A DNA stretch of 64,000 nucleotides. Source: an uncultured virus (IMG/VR IMGVR_UViG_3300022927_000014) (taxonomy: Duplodnaviria; Heunggongvirae; Uroviricota; Caudoviricetes). Made by a program: the position numbers and the translations under genes. Shown here piece after piece: positions 21,940 through 30,697 of this stretch. The stretch is taken from IMG/VR virus record IMGVR_UViG_3300022927_000014; one strand, 5' to 3'. The notes beneath the pieces are model-generated. The model saw only the letters and a list, made by a program, of their open reading frames with translations. It ran no database searches and was not told where the DNA came from. Each line of letters opens with the position of its first letter. The stretch's first letter is position 1.

Positions 21940-22806
21940 TTAGGGAAGATTAAGGTTTGCAGGAACTTGAGCAGCCGCTGCCGCTGCTACAACAGGATTA
22001 ACAGGGTTAGCTGGTTGCTCTCCACCAAAGTTTCTGTCTGCACCTACTGTAAGTGAGTTACCACCTAGTCCAGAATAGATGATAGAAGCTCCTTGACCCA
22101 ATGTAGGATCATTACCTGTAGCCATGAACTCACCATATGTAGAGTAAAGGTCATGCACATCTGTAACACTAGCACTGCAAGATTGACCTATGATACCACC
22201 ATCTGTGGTCATAGAACCAAATGCAACTTCTGTAAGCCAGCAAGCCTCAAAGTATGTGATAATTGCTTTGTGCTTTTGAGAAGGGTTACCACTTGAATCT
22301 TTATATTGGTCACCACCAGATGCATTTTGAGCACTAAAGTCAATGTCTTTAAGACCCTCAGAAGTAAGACCCTCTGCTTCTTGGTCAGCAGTAGTAGAAA
22401 GAACAATCTGTTGCTCAATATCAAAAGGCCATCTATGTTGTTGGAGTGTACGAACAGGACCATCTACACCACCTGCATAACCAAATGCTTGGTGACCATT
22501 TGATAGATATAGGAGGGTTCTCTCCATACTAACAGAGACAACACCTGTCACACCAGGTACAAGTTCTGCGATCTGATCACCAAAACCAATACCTCTAACC
22601 TCAGTTACATCCCTAGAACTAGAGCCAGCATCAAAAGAGTTTACAACACCGATTTGATAAAGAAGACCCTCATCACCACCATACACAGGTGTGAGAATAC
22701 GAACTTTTTGAGAGATAACAGCCCTAGTGTTAGGGCTTGAGTTGTATTTATAAAGAGAAGAAGTGCCTTGCACCCCAGCATTAGGGTTTCTATCTGTATT
22801 TCCCAT
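21940..22806 (-). CDS. Tail tube protein
   Basis: IGVVNSF...EVRGIG...ELVPG...SMERTLLY...PFDI...TYFEACW resembles contractile tail tube proteins; start placed at ATG 22806 behind GGAGA (alternative 22842). Confidence 0.7.
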   Translation of the reverse strand: MGNTDRNPNAGVQGTSSLYKYNSSPNTRAVISQKVRILTPVYGGDEGLLYQIGVVNSFDAGSSSRDVTEVRGIGFGDQIAELVPGVTGVVSVSMERTLLYLSNGHQAFGYAGGVDGPVRTLQQHRWPFDIEQQIVLSTTADQEAEGLTSEGLKDIDFSAQNASGGDQYKDSSGNPSQKHKAIITYFEACWLTEVAFGSMTTDGGIIGQSCSASVTDVHDLYSTYGEFMATGNDPTLGQGASIIYSGLGGNSLTVGADRNFGGEQPANPVNPVVAAAAAAQVPANLNLP

Positions 22807-22852
22807 TGAACTTTCTCCATTTATGATTGAGTTGTAATTCATTTATATTAAG

Positions 22853-22870
22853 CTTATAAAGAAACTATTA
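22853..22870 (-). promoter_or_regulatory. Putative late promoter of the tail operon
   Basis: TAATAGTTTCTTTATAAG upstream of the tail tube gene; same motif family as the other listed sites. Confidence 0.55.
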
Positions 22871-22884
22871 GAGGAGATACTGCT

Positions 22885-23577
22885 ATGGGTTATGGTTTGA
22901 TTGCTGCAAAGAAGAAGAAAAAGAAAAGAAAAAAAGATCCCAAGTATGTTCATGACAAATACAAAGAGATATTAGACAATCAGAAAGAAAAGGATGAGGG
23001 CAAGGCTAAAGCAGTGGCTTGGTCTATTTACTGTAAGTATAAGAATCCTGAAAGCCCTAGATGTAGCAAGAAGCCCTCAGAATACCTAACCAAGAAAGCA
23101 TATAGCTCTCCACAAGAAGAAAATATGTACAGAAAGAGAGCACAGCTTGTAGGTTCGATTTTAGATCAATTCGTGAGCGAAGCACTTCTAAAGTCTTATG
23201 ACATCATTGAACAAGAGTCCAATTCAAAGTATGTGGAAGAGCTAGCTCTTTATATGTGGACTAGAGGGCAAATACCTCATTCTTTGGTGAGCATTAGCTC
23301 TGAAGCTAAGACTCTAGGCTCTATCTCTAATGAGATACACAGAGAAAAAAAGCCTTCCAGACTACCTACGAGAGAAGAAAAGAGAGAAGTATACAAGATT
23401 CTCCGCAAGGTCTTCATCTCCATCTATAAGGATTCATCTGTTAAAGTTTGGGCGAAGCTCTACAATGTAATTGGAGACTTAAATCTTACAATCATTCAAC
23501 TAGAGATATTATCTTATGATAACAAGGTCAACACACCTAGCCTTTATAGTGATTTACTTGGGATTATTCTTGGTTAA
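22885..23577 (+). CDS. Basic hypothetical protein (poly-Lys N-terminus, ChaB-like AVAW segment)
   Basis: Strong RBS GAGGAG; KKKKKKRKK tract; KAKAVAWSIYC; internal TKKA and RKRA motifs. Confidence 0.55.
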   Translation: MGYGLIAAKKKKKKRKKDPKYVHDKYKEILDNQKEKDEGKAKAVAWSIYCKYKNPESPRCSKKPSEYLTKKAYSSPQEENMYRKRAQLVGSILDQFVSEALLKSYDIIEQESNSKYVEELALYMWTRGQIPHSLVSISSEAKTLGSISNEIHREKKPSRLPTREEKREVYKILRKVFISIYKDSSVKVWAKLYNVIGDLNLTIIQLEILSYDNKVNTPSLYSDLLGIILG

Positions 23578-23625
23578 GGTTCAATAATTTTATAACAAAG
23601 GTATTCTATAAATAAAGGAGTACCT

Positions 23626-25230
23626 ATGTTAGATGATGAACGAATAAAGAAAACAGTTGAGAAGCTTAGGCAGATTCGGGCTAAAGAAGATTTAAAGCCC
23701 CCACCTTGCTCAATACTCAACACACACCTGCCTAATGGAGCTGAACTAAAACTAAGACAGTATCAGATTCAAGGTATTTTACACCTTCTGGCAATGCCGA
23801 GATTTGTTCTAGGGGATGATACAGGTTTGGGAAAAACCCTACAAACAATCGCTGCTTTGTCTTATGTCTGGGATAAGAATCCAAACATAGCTGCTGTTAT
23901 ATGCACCACTAAGTCAGCAGTGGGGCAATGGGAGAGTGAATTTGATAAGTTCACCAATGGTGTGACAGTATTCAAGTGTTTGGGTACAAAGAAAAAGAGA
24001 GAGAAGATTCACAAAGAGTATCAACTTTTTGAAGGTCCAAAAGCTCTGATCATGGGGTACAGAACAGCAGTAATGGACTTTCAACACCTACAACATATGG
24101 TAGGTCATGTAATGGTATTTGATGAAGCCACAAACTTTAAAAATGACAGAGCACAAGTACATCAAGTATGTAAACACTTGGCTGGTTCAGCAGAGAAAGT
24201 TTGGTCTTTATCTGCGACAATCATTAAAAATAGACTCATGGAAGCATGGGCTATTTATCAAGTAACTGTACCTGGATTGTTTTCAAATAAGACTCACTTT
24301 ATGAGAGAGTATTGCATCACTAGAGAACAAAGCATAAAAGGCTCTAGGAGAAAGATACAGATTGTTGTTGGACACAGGAAGCGTGATATAGAAGCCTTTA
24401 GAGAGGTGATAGACCCTTTCTTTATTGGTCGCCCTAAGCATGAGGTTGCTAAAGAACTTCCTTTGCTTACAACTAAGATTTTAGAATGTGAGCTGAACAA
24501 GACCCAGAAAGCCAAGTATAAAGAAGCATTAGAAGGTATTCTTGAGACTATTGATGCTGAGACAGGTGAGGTTGTAGAAAAAGAAGTATCTAAGCTCACA
24601 GCAGTCACAATCTGTCAGCAGATAGTGAATCACCCAGCATTGATAGATTGTGATGGAGATTCTAGCAAACTTGAGAGTCTTCTAGATCTTTTAACAAACG
24701 AGTTAGAGGGCGAGAAGATTATTATCTTTAGTAGGCTTCGTAAAATGGTAGACATTATGGAAGCTGAAATTGAGGCTAAGGGTATCAAGACTTGTCGTAT
24801 CACAGGAGCTGAAAATGGAGACCAGAGACTTGCTAGTCAAAAGGCTTTCCAAGACCCAGAGAATGAAACTAAGGTTTGTTTGATTACAATGGCTGCTGCT
24901 GAAGGTGTGAACTTACAGCTAGCTAAAGCTGTTGTTTTTTATGACACTCCTTGGTCTGCTGGAGACTATCTACAGATCATAGGTCGAATGATTCGCATTG
25001 GGTCTATACATGACAAGGTTTTCAGTTACCATGTTTGTGCTAAGAAGACTATTGATGAGAGGGTTATGAAGACCCTTAAAGCTAAGATGGGCTTGATAGA
25101 AGCTGTCTTAGGTAAGCGTTTGAAAGAAGAAGGTGAGTCTGACGAGGTATTAGAGGTTGGTCAATCAGAGTTATCAGACATTTTTGATGGCCTTCTTGAA
25201 GATGCGAATGAGATCATAAAGGTGAAGTAA
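23626..25230 (+). CDS. SNF2-family (SF2) helicase/translocase
   Basis: LRQYQ Q-motif, GDDTGLGKT, FDEA, LSAT, AAAEGVNLQ, QIIGRMIRIG. Confidence 0.92.
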   Translation: MLDDERIKKTVEKLRQIRAKEDLKPPPCSILNTHLPNGAELKLRQYQIQGILHLLAMPRFVLGDDTGLGKTLQTIAALSYVWDKNPNIAAVICTTKSAVGQWESEFDKFTNGVTVFKCLGTKKKREKIHKEYQLFEGPKALIMGYRTAVMDFQHLQHMVGHVMVFDEATNFKNDRAQVHQVCKHLAGSAEKVWSLSATIIKNRLMEAWAIYQVTVPGLFSNKTHFMREYCITREQSIKGSRRKIQIVVGHRKRDIEAFREVIDPFFIGRPKHEVAKELPLLTTKILECELNKTQKAKYKEALEGILETIDAETGEVVEKEVSKLTAVTICQQIVNHPALIDCDGDSSKLESLLDLLTNELEGEKIIIFSRLRKMVDIMEAEIEAKGIKTCRITGAENGDQRLASQKAFQDPENETKVCLITMAAAEGVNLQLAKAVVFYDTPWSAGDYLQIIGRMIRIGSIHDKVFSYHVCAKKTIDERVMKTLKAKMGLIEAVLGKRLKEEGESDEVLEVGQSELSDIFDGLLEDANEIIKVK

Positions 25231-26030
25231 TGGAAAACCAGATTTTTAATGAGTCCTGTTTGGACACCATGAGCCGAATGGAAGACAACTCCATAGACTT
25301 AGTGGTTACTAGCCCTCCCTACGACAATCTTAGAAGCTACGATAATGACGTAGATCAAACTTGGGGAGAGTCCGTTTGGAAGCCGATTATCTCAGAGTTG
25401 AGTAGAGTTCTAGCAGAAGGTGGGGTTATCGTTTGGGTTGTGGGAGATGCTACAATTGATGGTTCAGAGACAGGAAGCTCATTTAAACAAGCTCTCTATT
25501 TCATGGAGTGTGGACTTAACCTTTATGACACAATGATTTGGGAGAAAACAGGAACACCATTTCCTTCACAGGTGAGATACAATGGGATCTTTGAATATAT
25601 GTTTGTTTTTTCTAAAGGCAAACCAAACACTTTCAACCCCTTAAAGAAGCCCAATAAGACAGCAGGCCAATACCGGAAGAATAGGACTTTCCGACAAAAA
25701 GACGGTGGGTTCTCGGAGGGTAAAGAGCTATCGGTTTCGGAAGAAAGTAATAGGAATAACATATGGGTCATTAAGAATGGCTTTAACAGGTCATCTAAAG
25801 ATAAATATGCTTTTGACCATCCTGCCATATTCCCAGAAAACCTAGCTCACGATCATATTATCTCTTGGTCTAACGAGGGAGACTTAATTTACGACCCATT
25901 CTTAGGTTCAGGTACTACAGCTAAGATGTGCAAGATCACTAAGAGAAAATACATTGGATCAGAGATTAGTGAAGATTATTTCAAGATCGCACTTAAGAGG
26001 ATCGAAGAAGCACAGGAGTATTTCTTTTAA
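25230..26030 (+). CDS. Beta-class N4-cytosine/N6-adenine DNA methyltransferase (copy 1)
   Basis: VTSPPY catalytic motif near the N-terminus; HPAIFP and DPFLGSGTT SAM-binding motif near the C-terminus. Confidence 0.93.
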   Translation: MENQIFNESCLDTMSRMEDNSIDLVVTSPPYDNLRSYDNDVDQTWGESVWKPIISELSRVLAEGGVIVWVVGDATIDGSETGSSFKQALYFMECGLNLYDTMIWEKTGTPFPSQVRYNGIFEYMFVFSKGKPNTFNPLKKPNKTAGQYRKNRTFRQKDGGFSEGKELSVSEESNRNNIWVIKNGFNRSSKDKYAFDHPAIFPENLAHDHIISWSNEGDLIYDPFLGSGTTAKMCKITKRKYIGSEISEDYFKIALKRIEEAQEYFF

Positions 26031-26833
26031 TGGAAAACCAGATTTTTAATGAGTCCTGTTTGGACACCATGGGCAGAATGGAAGACAACTCCATAGACTT
26101 AGTGGTTACTAGCCCTCCCTACGATAATCTTAGAACCTATGATAATGATGTAGATCAAACTTGGGGGGAATCCGTTTGGAAGCCGATTATCAAAGAGCTG
26201 GCTAGGGTTATCAAAGATGGAGGGGTTATCGTTTGGATTGTGAACGATGCAACAGTAGATGGTTCAGAGACAGGTTCTAGTTTCAAACAAGCCATTTATT
26301 TCATGGAGTGTGGGCTTAACCTTACGGACACTATGATTTGGGATAAAGGGTCAAATGGTGCTGTAGGGAATAATAAGATTTATTGGCAGTCTTTTGAATA
26401 TATGTTCGTCTTTTCTAAGGGTTCTCCTGCGACAATTAACTTAATAAAAGACAGGAAAAATAAGAGGGTAGAGAAGAAGAACAAGGGTACAAAAAGAATG
26501 AAAGATGGAGAGCTTATTCCCATCACAAAAGGGTCATACGGAGATTTCGGTAGGAGAACCAACATTTGGTCATACTTAACAGGCAGAGGACATTCAACTT
26601 TAGATGTGTATGCCTTTGAACACCCTGCTACATTTCCCGAAAACCTAGCTCACGATCATATTGTTTCTTGGTCTAATGAGGGAGATGTGGTTTACGATCC
26701 ATTCTTGGGTTCGGGCACTACAGCTAAAATGTCTAAGATGACCAAGAGAAAATATATAGGGTCTGAGATTAGTGAAGATTATTTCAAGATCGCACTTAAG
26801 AGAATCGAAGAATCACAGGAATACCTATTTTGA
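26030..26833 (+). CDS. Beta-class N4-cytosine/N6-adenine DNA methyltransferase (copy 2, tandem paralog)
   Basis: Same motifs (TSPPY, HPATFP, DPFLGSGTT); ends nearly identical to copy 1. Confidence 0.93.
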   Translation: MENQIFNESCLDTMGRMEDNSIDLVVTSPPYDNLRTYDNDVDQTWGESVWKPIIKELARVIKDGGVIVWIVNDATVDGSETGSSFKQAIYFMECGLNLTDTMIWDKGSNGAVGNNKIYWQSFEYMFVFSKGSPATINLIKDRKNKRVEKKNKGTKRMKDGELIPITKGSYGDFGRRTNIWSYLTGRGHSTLDVYAFEHPATFPENLAHDHIVSWSNEGDVVYDPFLGSGTTAKMSKMTKRKYIGSEISEDYFKIALKRIEESQEYLF

Positions 26834-26836
26834 TGC

Positions 26837-26905
26837 AAAAAAAAAGGTCTAGCTTTCGAGGGGCATTTGGTGAAAACAACACCAGCCCCCCTTTTGCTAG
26901 ACCTT
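26837..26905 (-). terminator. Long multi-stem hairpin with U-tract ending the minus-strand operon
   Basis: AAGGTCTAGC (26844-26853) pairs with GCTAGACCTT (26896-26905); inner GGGGC/GCCCC and TGGTG/CACCA stems; the A-run gives a U-tract on the minus strand; lies between convergent genes. Confidence 0.7.
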
Positions 26906-26980
26906 ACTAAAGAAGAATACTTAGTCCTATTTAAAAGACCAGATTCCTAGTAAAGAATGGGATTACATTCAGAAAAGACT

Positions 26981-27295
26981 TTAATCTGGGTCAATCATTT
27001 GAACCTTACGATTAAAGCCTGGTACATGGAACTTACACCATTCCCATGCTTCGAGTTCTTTAGCTACACCCTCTTTTCCTTCGAGACAGTTACGAAGGAA
27101 GTTGAGTCGGACACCAAGATCACCATGATTCTTTAAAAAAGTAAGGTTATCTATTTCTTCTAGTGTAGCTTTCTCAACAGCTTCTTTTAGAACCTTGAGT
27201 TCATCCTTATTGACAAGGAAAATAACTTGGTTATTTACACCGAACACATCGTTTAAAAGTTTTAATGCTTCTTTATTCATACTTACTCTTTCCAA
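26981..27295 (-). CDS. Hypothetical protein
   Basis: 104 aa ORF, last of a tightly packed minus-strand small-gene operon; the true start may be the second Met. Confidence 0.55.
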   Translation of the reverse strand: MERVSMNKEALKLLNDVFGVNNQVIFLVNKDELKVLKEAVEKATLEEIDNLTFLKNHGDLGVRLNFLRNCLEGKEGVAKELEAWEWCKFHVPGFNRKVQMIDPD

Positions 27296-27489
27296 GGTGG
27301 TAAGAAATCAAAGTTTGAGTTTCCTTGTTCAAGGGCAATTCTTTCTTGTCTGCGACACTCTGGATAATCTGGTCGCCTTTGTTCATTTTCTCTGCACTTA
27401 GGGCAGATTTTTTGTTGATTATACCATGAAGTATAAGAAACATTCCCTAACTCTTGGTCACATCTGTCACATACTCTAAAACTTGGCAA
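27283..27489 (-). CDS. Small zinc-finger-like phage protein
   Basis: CDRC...CPKC...PDY...GNSNF; RBS GAAGGA before a TTG start. Confidence 0.6.
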   Translation of the reverse strand: MPSFRVCDRCDQELGNVSYTSWYNQQKICPKCRENEQRRPDYPECRRQERIALEQGNSNFDFLPPWKE

Positions 27490-27772
27490 GGTACTGTCCT
27501 TCCTGTGCGATACAAGTTAAGTGGTCAAGAGCCTCAACAGTAAAGCCTGTTTTGATAGCTGCTTGATTCTCTAGGTCTTGGATAATAACTTGAAGCTCAG
27601 AGTTCTTCATACCATTAGCTGGCAGATAACTGTTATTTCCACCTCGACCCTTATTTGAAACATGAATAAAAGGTTTATTCTTGTGAAGCAAAACAGCTTC
27701 CCATGCAACTCCTTTAGGAGTTTCTCTCATTTTTAGGTCTGTTAGTTTTAAGTCTTTTAGCTTTACCTTCAT
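27476..27772 (-). CDS. Hypothetical phage protein
   Basis: 98 aa with an RET...VSNKGRGG segment; RBS GGAG upstream. Confidence 0.6.
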   Translation of the reverse strand: MKVKLKDLKLTDLKMRETPKGVAWEAVLLHKNKPFIHVSNKGRGGNNSYLPANGMKNSELQVIIQDLENQAAIKTGFTVEALDHLTCIAQEGQYLAKF

Positions 27773-27778
27773 AGGACT

Positions 27779-28090
27779 TTACTCCTTTAGATCTGTGTAA
27801 AACTTTAGACAGTTTCCAGACAGTCCACCTGGGAGAGTATCTCCAACTTTAACTCCTTGCCAAGGTGACATATCGTTGTTGAGGTAAATAACTTTCCACC
27901 TCGCCCGATAACCATCGCTGTTTTGTTCGTTCAAGATTTTACCTGTGCTTTGTACATGTACGATAAGAGTTTCTCCAGAGAAACATTTCATCTCTGCTGA
28001 AGCACCATATTGTCGGTAGGAGTCAAACTCCGCATCTGTACAACCTACACCTGCAAGTACCGCTAACCCAATAATAATTTTCTTAATCAT
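27779..28090 (-). CDS. Putative lipoprotein
   Basis: MIKKIIIGLAVLAGVG-C signal peptide ending in a lipobox-like Cys. Confidence 0.6.
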   Translation of the reverse strand: MIKKIIIGLAVLAGVGCTDAEFDSYRQYGASAEMKCFSGETLIVHVQSTGKILNEQNSDGYRARWKVIYLNNDMSPWQGVKVGDTLPGGLSGNCLKFYTDLKE

Positions 28091-28473
28091 AGTTTTAATC
28101 CTTTTTTGTTTAAATGCTCAACTCGGGTCTCACACTTACTGTTTTTTGTTTGAGTGATTAGATCTGCTTGCCCAACTGGTAGTTTGAGCCCATACTGATC
28201 TGTGTAGTAGTCAAGGTTCTTTAAGAAAACCCATCCTGTGGGGGCTTCCCATTGAACCCCATTAGCTGATACTACTATCTCTGGGTCATTCGTATATGCG
28301 TAAAACACACGATCACGCAGACCTTTGTAGCAAGAAATAGTATGATATTGCTCAGTAGTCTTCTGAACAGTTTCTACCTGTTGTGTGCTAAAAGCAACTA
28401 AGACCAAGAGAAGTAATACAAACAGACCTTGAAATAGCTTAGATTGTGTTATTCTTTTTAATTTTTCTAACAA
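28087..28473 (-). CDS. Membrane-anchored or secreted hypothetical protein
   Basis: N-terminal hydrophobic LFVLLLLVLVAF; TTG start behind GAAAGGA. Confidence 0.55.
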   Translation of the reverse strand: MLEKLKRITQSKLFQGLFVLLLLVLVAFSTQQVETVQKTTEQYHTISCYKGLRDRVFYAYTNDPEIVVSANGVQWEAPTGWVFLKNLDYYTDQYGLKLPVGQADLITQTKNSKCETRVEHLNKKGLKL

Positions 28474-28482
28474 CTTTAATTC

Positions 28483-28523
28483 CTTTCATTCGATTTTTAT
28501 ATACTTATATTATCGAATGAAAG
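28483..28523. promoter_or_regulatory. Perfect 12-bp inverted repeat around a 17-nt AT-rich spacer at the head of the minus-strand operon
   Basis: CTTTCATTCGAT (28483-28494) and ATCGAATGAAAG (28512-28523); one arm overlaps the RBS of the 28473 gene. Confidence 0.65.
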
Positions 28524-28724
28524 AGGGGGGGAGTGACTTTTAATAGTGACCTATAGAAAAAACAATCCAACCAAAGACAACACAAATAAAAGCTTCCTTG
28601 AACTTCTCAACTCTTTCTTCATGTGTCTCTTGCTCGAAGATTTGAGATCTTATTTTATAGGCATACAGAAAGATGCAAAAAGAAACAACATCAGCTATAA
28701 AGGTGTACATAGGATCATTCTTTT

Positions 28725-28739
28725 TAATCTATTTATATG
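28725..28739 (+). promoter_or_regulatory. Putative late promoter motif
   Basis: TAATCTATTTATATG about 33 nt upstream of 28772. Confidence 0.55.
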
Positions 28740-28771
28740 CAATCTCTTAACAGAAGATAAGGAGAGGCTCT

Positions 28772-30256
28772 ATGGACAGCACAATAACAGATTTAGAATA
28801 TGATTCAAACTTTAACTTATGGGTTGGAACAAGCCCTGTTAAAGTAGATGGTAAAGAAAACCCAATAGGGTATTGGACATTGAAGTCATGGAGAGATATG
28901 TCTCCTAAGAAAGAGATGAAGAGTAAAGAGAATGAAGTAAGAAAGCAGTTTGCAGATAAGAAGTTTTTAGAGTTTAAGAGAGCAATAGAAGCAAAAAAGA
29001 AGTCTGAATCTGGTGAGGATATCTCGGACATAGATCTTTCTGGTTTACCTGAAGATGTTCAAGTTGGAATAAAGCAAGAGATTCCCTTAGACCAAGTTAA
29101 AAAGATTACTAGGAGAAAGAACTATGGAATCCCCTCCAAGTTTTATTTCGAGAATAACCTGCATCTGTCAAAAGAAATGTCAGAGGAAGCGATAGATAAG
29201 CTTGCTGAGGAACTCAAAAAGATGATGGTGTTTCCTACAAGACAAAGAAGCATGGTAAGAACTAAAATATTACCTTACTTAGGAACAGGTGTTCCTTCTA
29301 CATATTGGAAGTTTGTGTCAAAGATTGCAGATTCTTATTTAGCTCGCACTACAGATAAGATGGATGAGCTTTTCCTTAACAAGTTTGACGAGATGGCTTT
29401 TGGCAAAACACCAGAGGAAAGACAAGAGATTAAGAAAAGAATTGAAACTCTAAGAAAGAGCAACCCAGAGGTCATTTCTAGGAACTTTTTTACAGTAGTT
29501 CAAACTGCAATAAGTTGGATTGCCATTCCACTTGCTTTTCTTGGAACAATTAAAAAGTTCACAGGCTTAACAGGTTTCTTATTTAGAATAGCCACTAAGA
29601 TGGCCCCTGTTCTTGCTTCTTCATTGAAGGGTCTAGCAGCTCTTTATGCTGGCTGTTTTCTAGGGGTTGTGGTTCTTGGTAGTACAGTCTTTAAGTTTTT
29701 CCATACCGACCATGTTGAAAATAAAAAGAAGCAACAAAGAAAAAAGAAGGACTCAGATCCTAATGAATACCTAGCCTTTGATACACTAGCTTATCAAGTA
29801 TATAGTGGTGTTGTTATTCCAGAAGACATCACAGCACATTTTCAAAAAGAGCTAGACTTTATAATGTATACAGACTCTGGAACAGAGGAACAAAGAAAAA
29901 AGAGTATTCTCGACCTATGGAAAAGATTTGACTTGAATGTTCGTTCTTCTATTGAAAAGGGTATCTATCTTAGAAAAGAAGAAGAAGGCTCTGGTTTAAC
30001 TATCTTTGACGACCCTGATCTTAGGTCTAATCGTAGAGCGAGTGTAAAACCAAAAGTAGACCCTTTCTTTACAAAGTTCTATATGATAGTCAAGAATATA
30101 GAAGCAGAGGAAAAAGTCGAAGAAGCTCTTGCGAGTCCTGAATTCAAAGACATTGCAAAAGATGTTATGAAAGGCAAGGTTAAGATTCCTCCACAGTTAG
30201 CTAAAATGACAGCTAACTTGTTGGCTTTAGAAGCTAAATCTCTTACCCAAAGTTGA
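28772..30256 (+). CDS. Hypothetical protein with central hydrophobic segments
   Basis: 494 aa; RBS AAGGAGAGG; hydrophobic stretches ISWIAIPLAFLG and LAALYAGCFLGVVVLG; RRAS motif before the C-terminal tail. Confidence 0.7.
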   Translation: MDSTITDLEYDSNFNLWVGTSPVKVDGKENPIGYWTLKSWRDMSPKKEMKSKENEVRKQFADKKFLEFKRAIEAKKKSESGEDISDIDLSGLPEDVQVGIKQEIPLDQVKKITRRKNYGIPSKFYFENNLHLSKEMSEEAIDKLAEELKKMMVFPTRQRSMVRTKILPYLGTGVPSTYWKFVSKIADSYLARTTDKMDELFLNKFDEMAFGKTPEERQEIKKRIETLRKSNPEVISRNFFTVVQTAISWIAIPLAFLGTIKKFTGLTGFLFRIATKMAPVLASSLKGLAALYAGCFLGVVVLGSTVFKFFHTDHVENKKKQQRKKKDSDPNEYLAFDTLAYQVYSGVVIPEDITAHFQKELDFIMYTDSGTEEQRKKSILDLWKRFDLNVRSSIEKGIYLRKEEEGSGLTIFDDPDLRSNRRASVKPKVDPFFTKFYMIVKNIEAEEKVEEALASPEFKDIAKDVMKGKVKIPPQLAKMTANLLALEAKSLTQS

Positions 30257-30569
30257 ATGGATTTGGACTAGGGATTTTGTAGTCTCCCATAGCACCATCT
30301 GACCCTGCTTCTGACCCAGCTTCTTCAACAGTAGAATCTGACCCAGCTTCTTCAACAGTAGAATCTGACCCTGCTTCTTCAACAGTAGCATCTGACCCAG
30401 CTTCTTCAACAGTAGCATCTGATTCCTCTGGTTCAATTTCAGCATCTTCTTCTCTAACTTCCATATCTAAAGAGACTTCTTCAACTTCAGAATCAGTTTT
30501 CTTAATAGGTTTTGCAGATTCTTCTCCACAAGCAGTTAGAACAAGAATAAATAGAATTAAGTATCTCAT
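30243..30569 (-). CDS. Acidic low-complexity lipoprotein
   Basis: MRYLILFILVLTA-C lipobox behind GGAG; EEAGSD[AS]TV repeats. Confidence 0.7.
   Translation of the reverse strand: MRYLILFILVLTACGEESAKPIKKTDSEVEEVSLDMEVREEDAEIEPEESDATVEEAGSDATVEEAGSDSTVEEAGSDSTVEEAGSEAGSDGAMGDYKIPSPNPFNFG
30310..30422. repeat. 27-bp tandem repeat, about 4 copies, in frame within the lipoprotein gene
   Basis: Unit TCTGACC[C]AGCTTCTTCAACAGTAG[AC]A with minor variants, read directly. Confidence 0.9.
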
Positions 30570-30644
30570 GGGTTGCTCCTTCCAAGGCAAAAAAATAGGT
30601 TGAGACTACAACGCTTTTTAGAGTATTTAAGACCTATGAATTTT

Positions 30645-30658
30645 TAGTCTCTTTATAG
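30645..30658 (+). promoter_or_regulatory. Putative late promoter motif
   Basis: TAGTCTCTTTATAG about 40 nt upstream of 30698. Confidence 0.5.
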
Positions 30659-30697
30659 CCTCTTTAAAGAGAACAATTAACTTAAAAGGAAAAAGCT

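Noticed and set aside
8993..22842. Bacterial T6SS or extracellular contractile injection system
   Set aside because: The module includes a tape measure gene and sits among phage replication genes, with no bacterial housekeeping or T6SS membrane-complex genes
25230..26833. Diversity-generating retroelement template/variable repeat pair
   Set aside because: Both copies are intact genes, differences are not confined to adenines, and no reverse transcriptase is present in the window
30310..30422. Possible CRISPR array
   Set aside because: The 27-bp units are head-to-tail with no unique spacers and lie in frame within a lipoprotein gene
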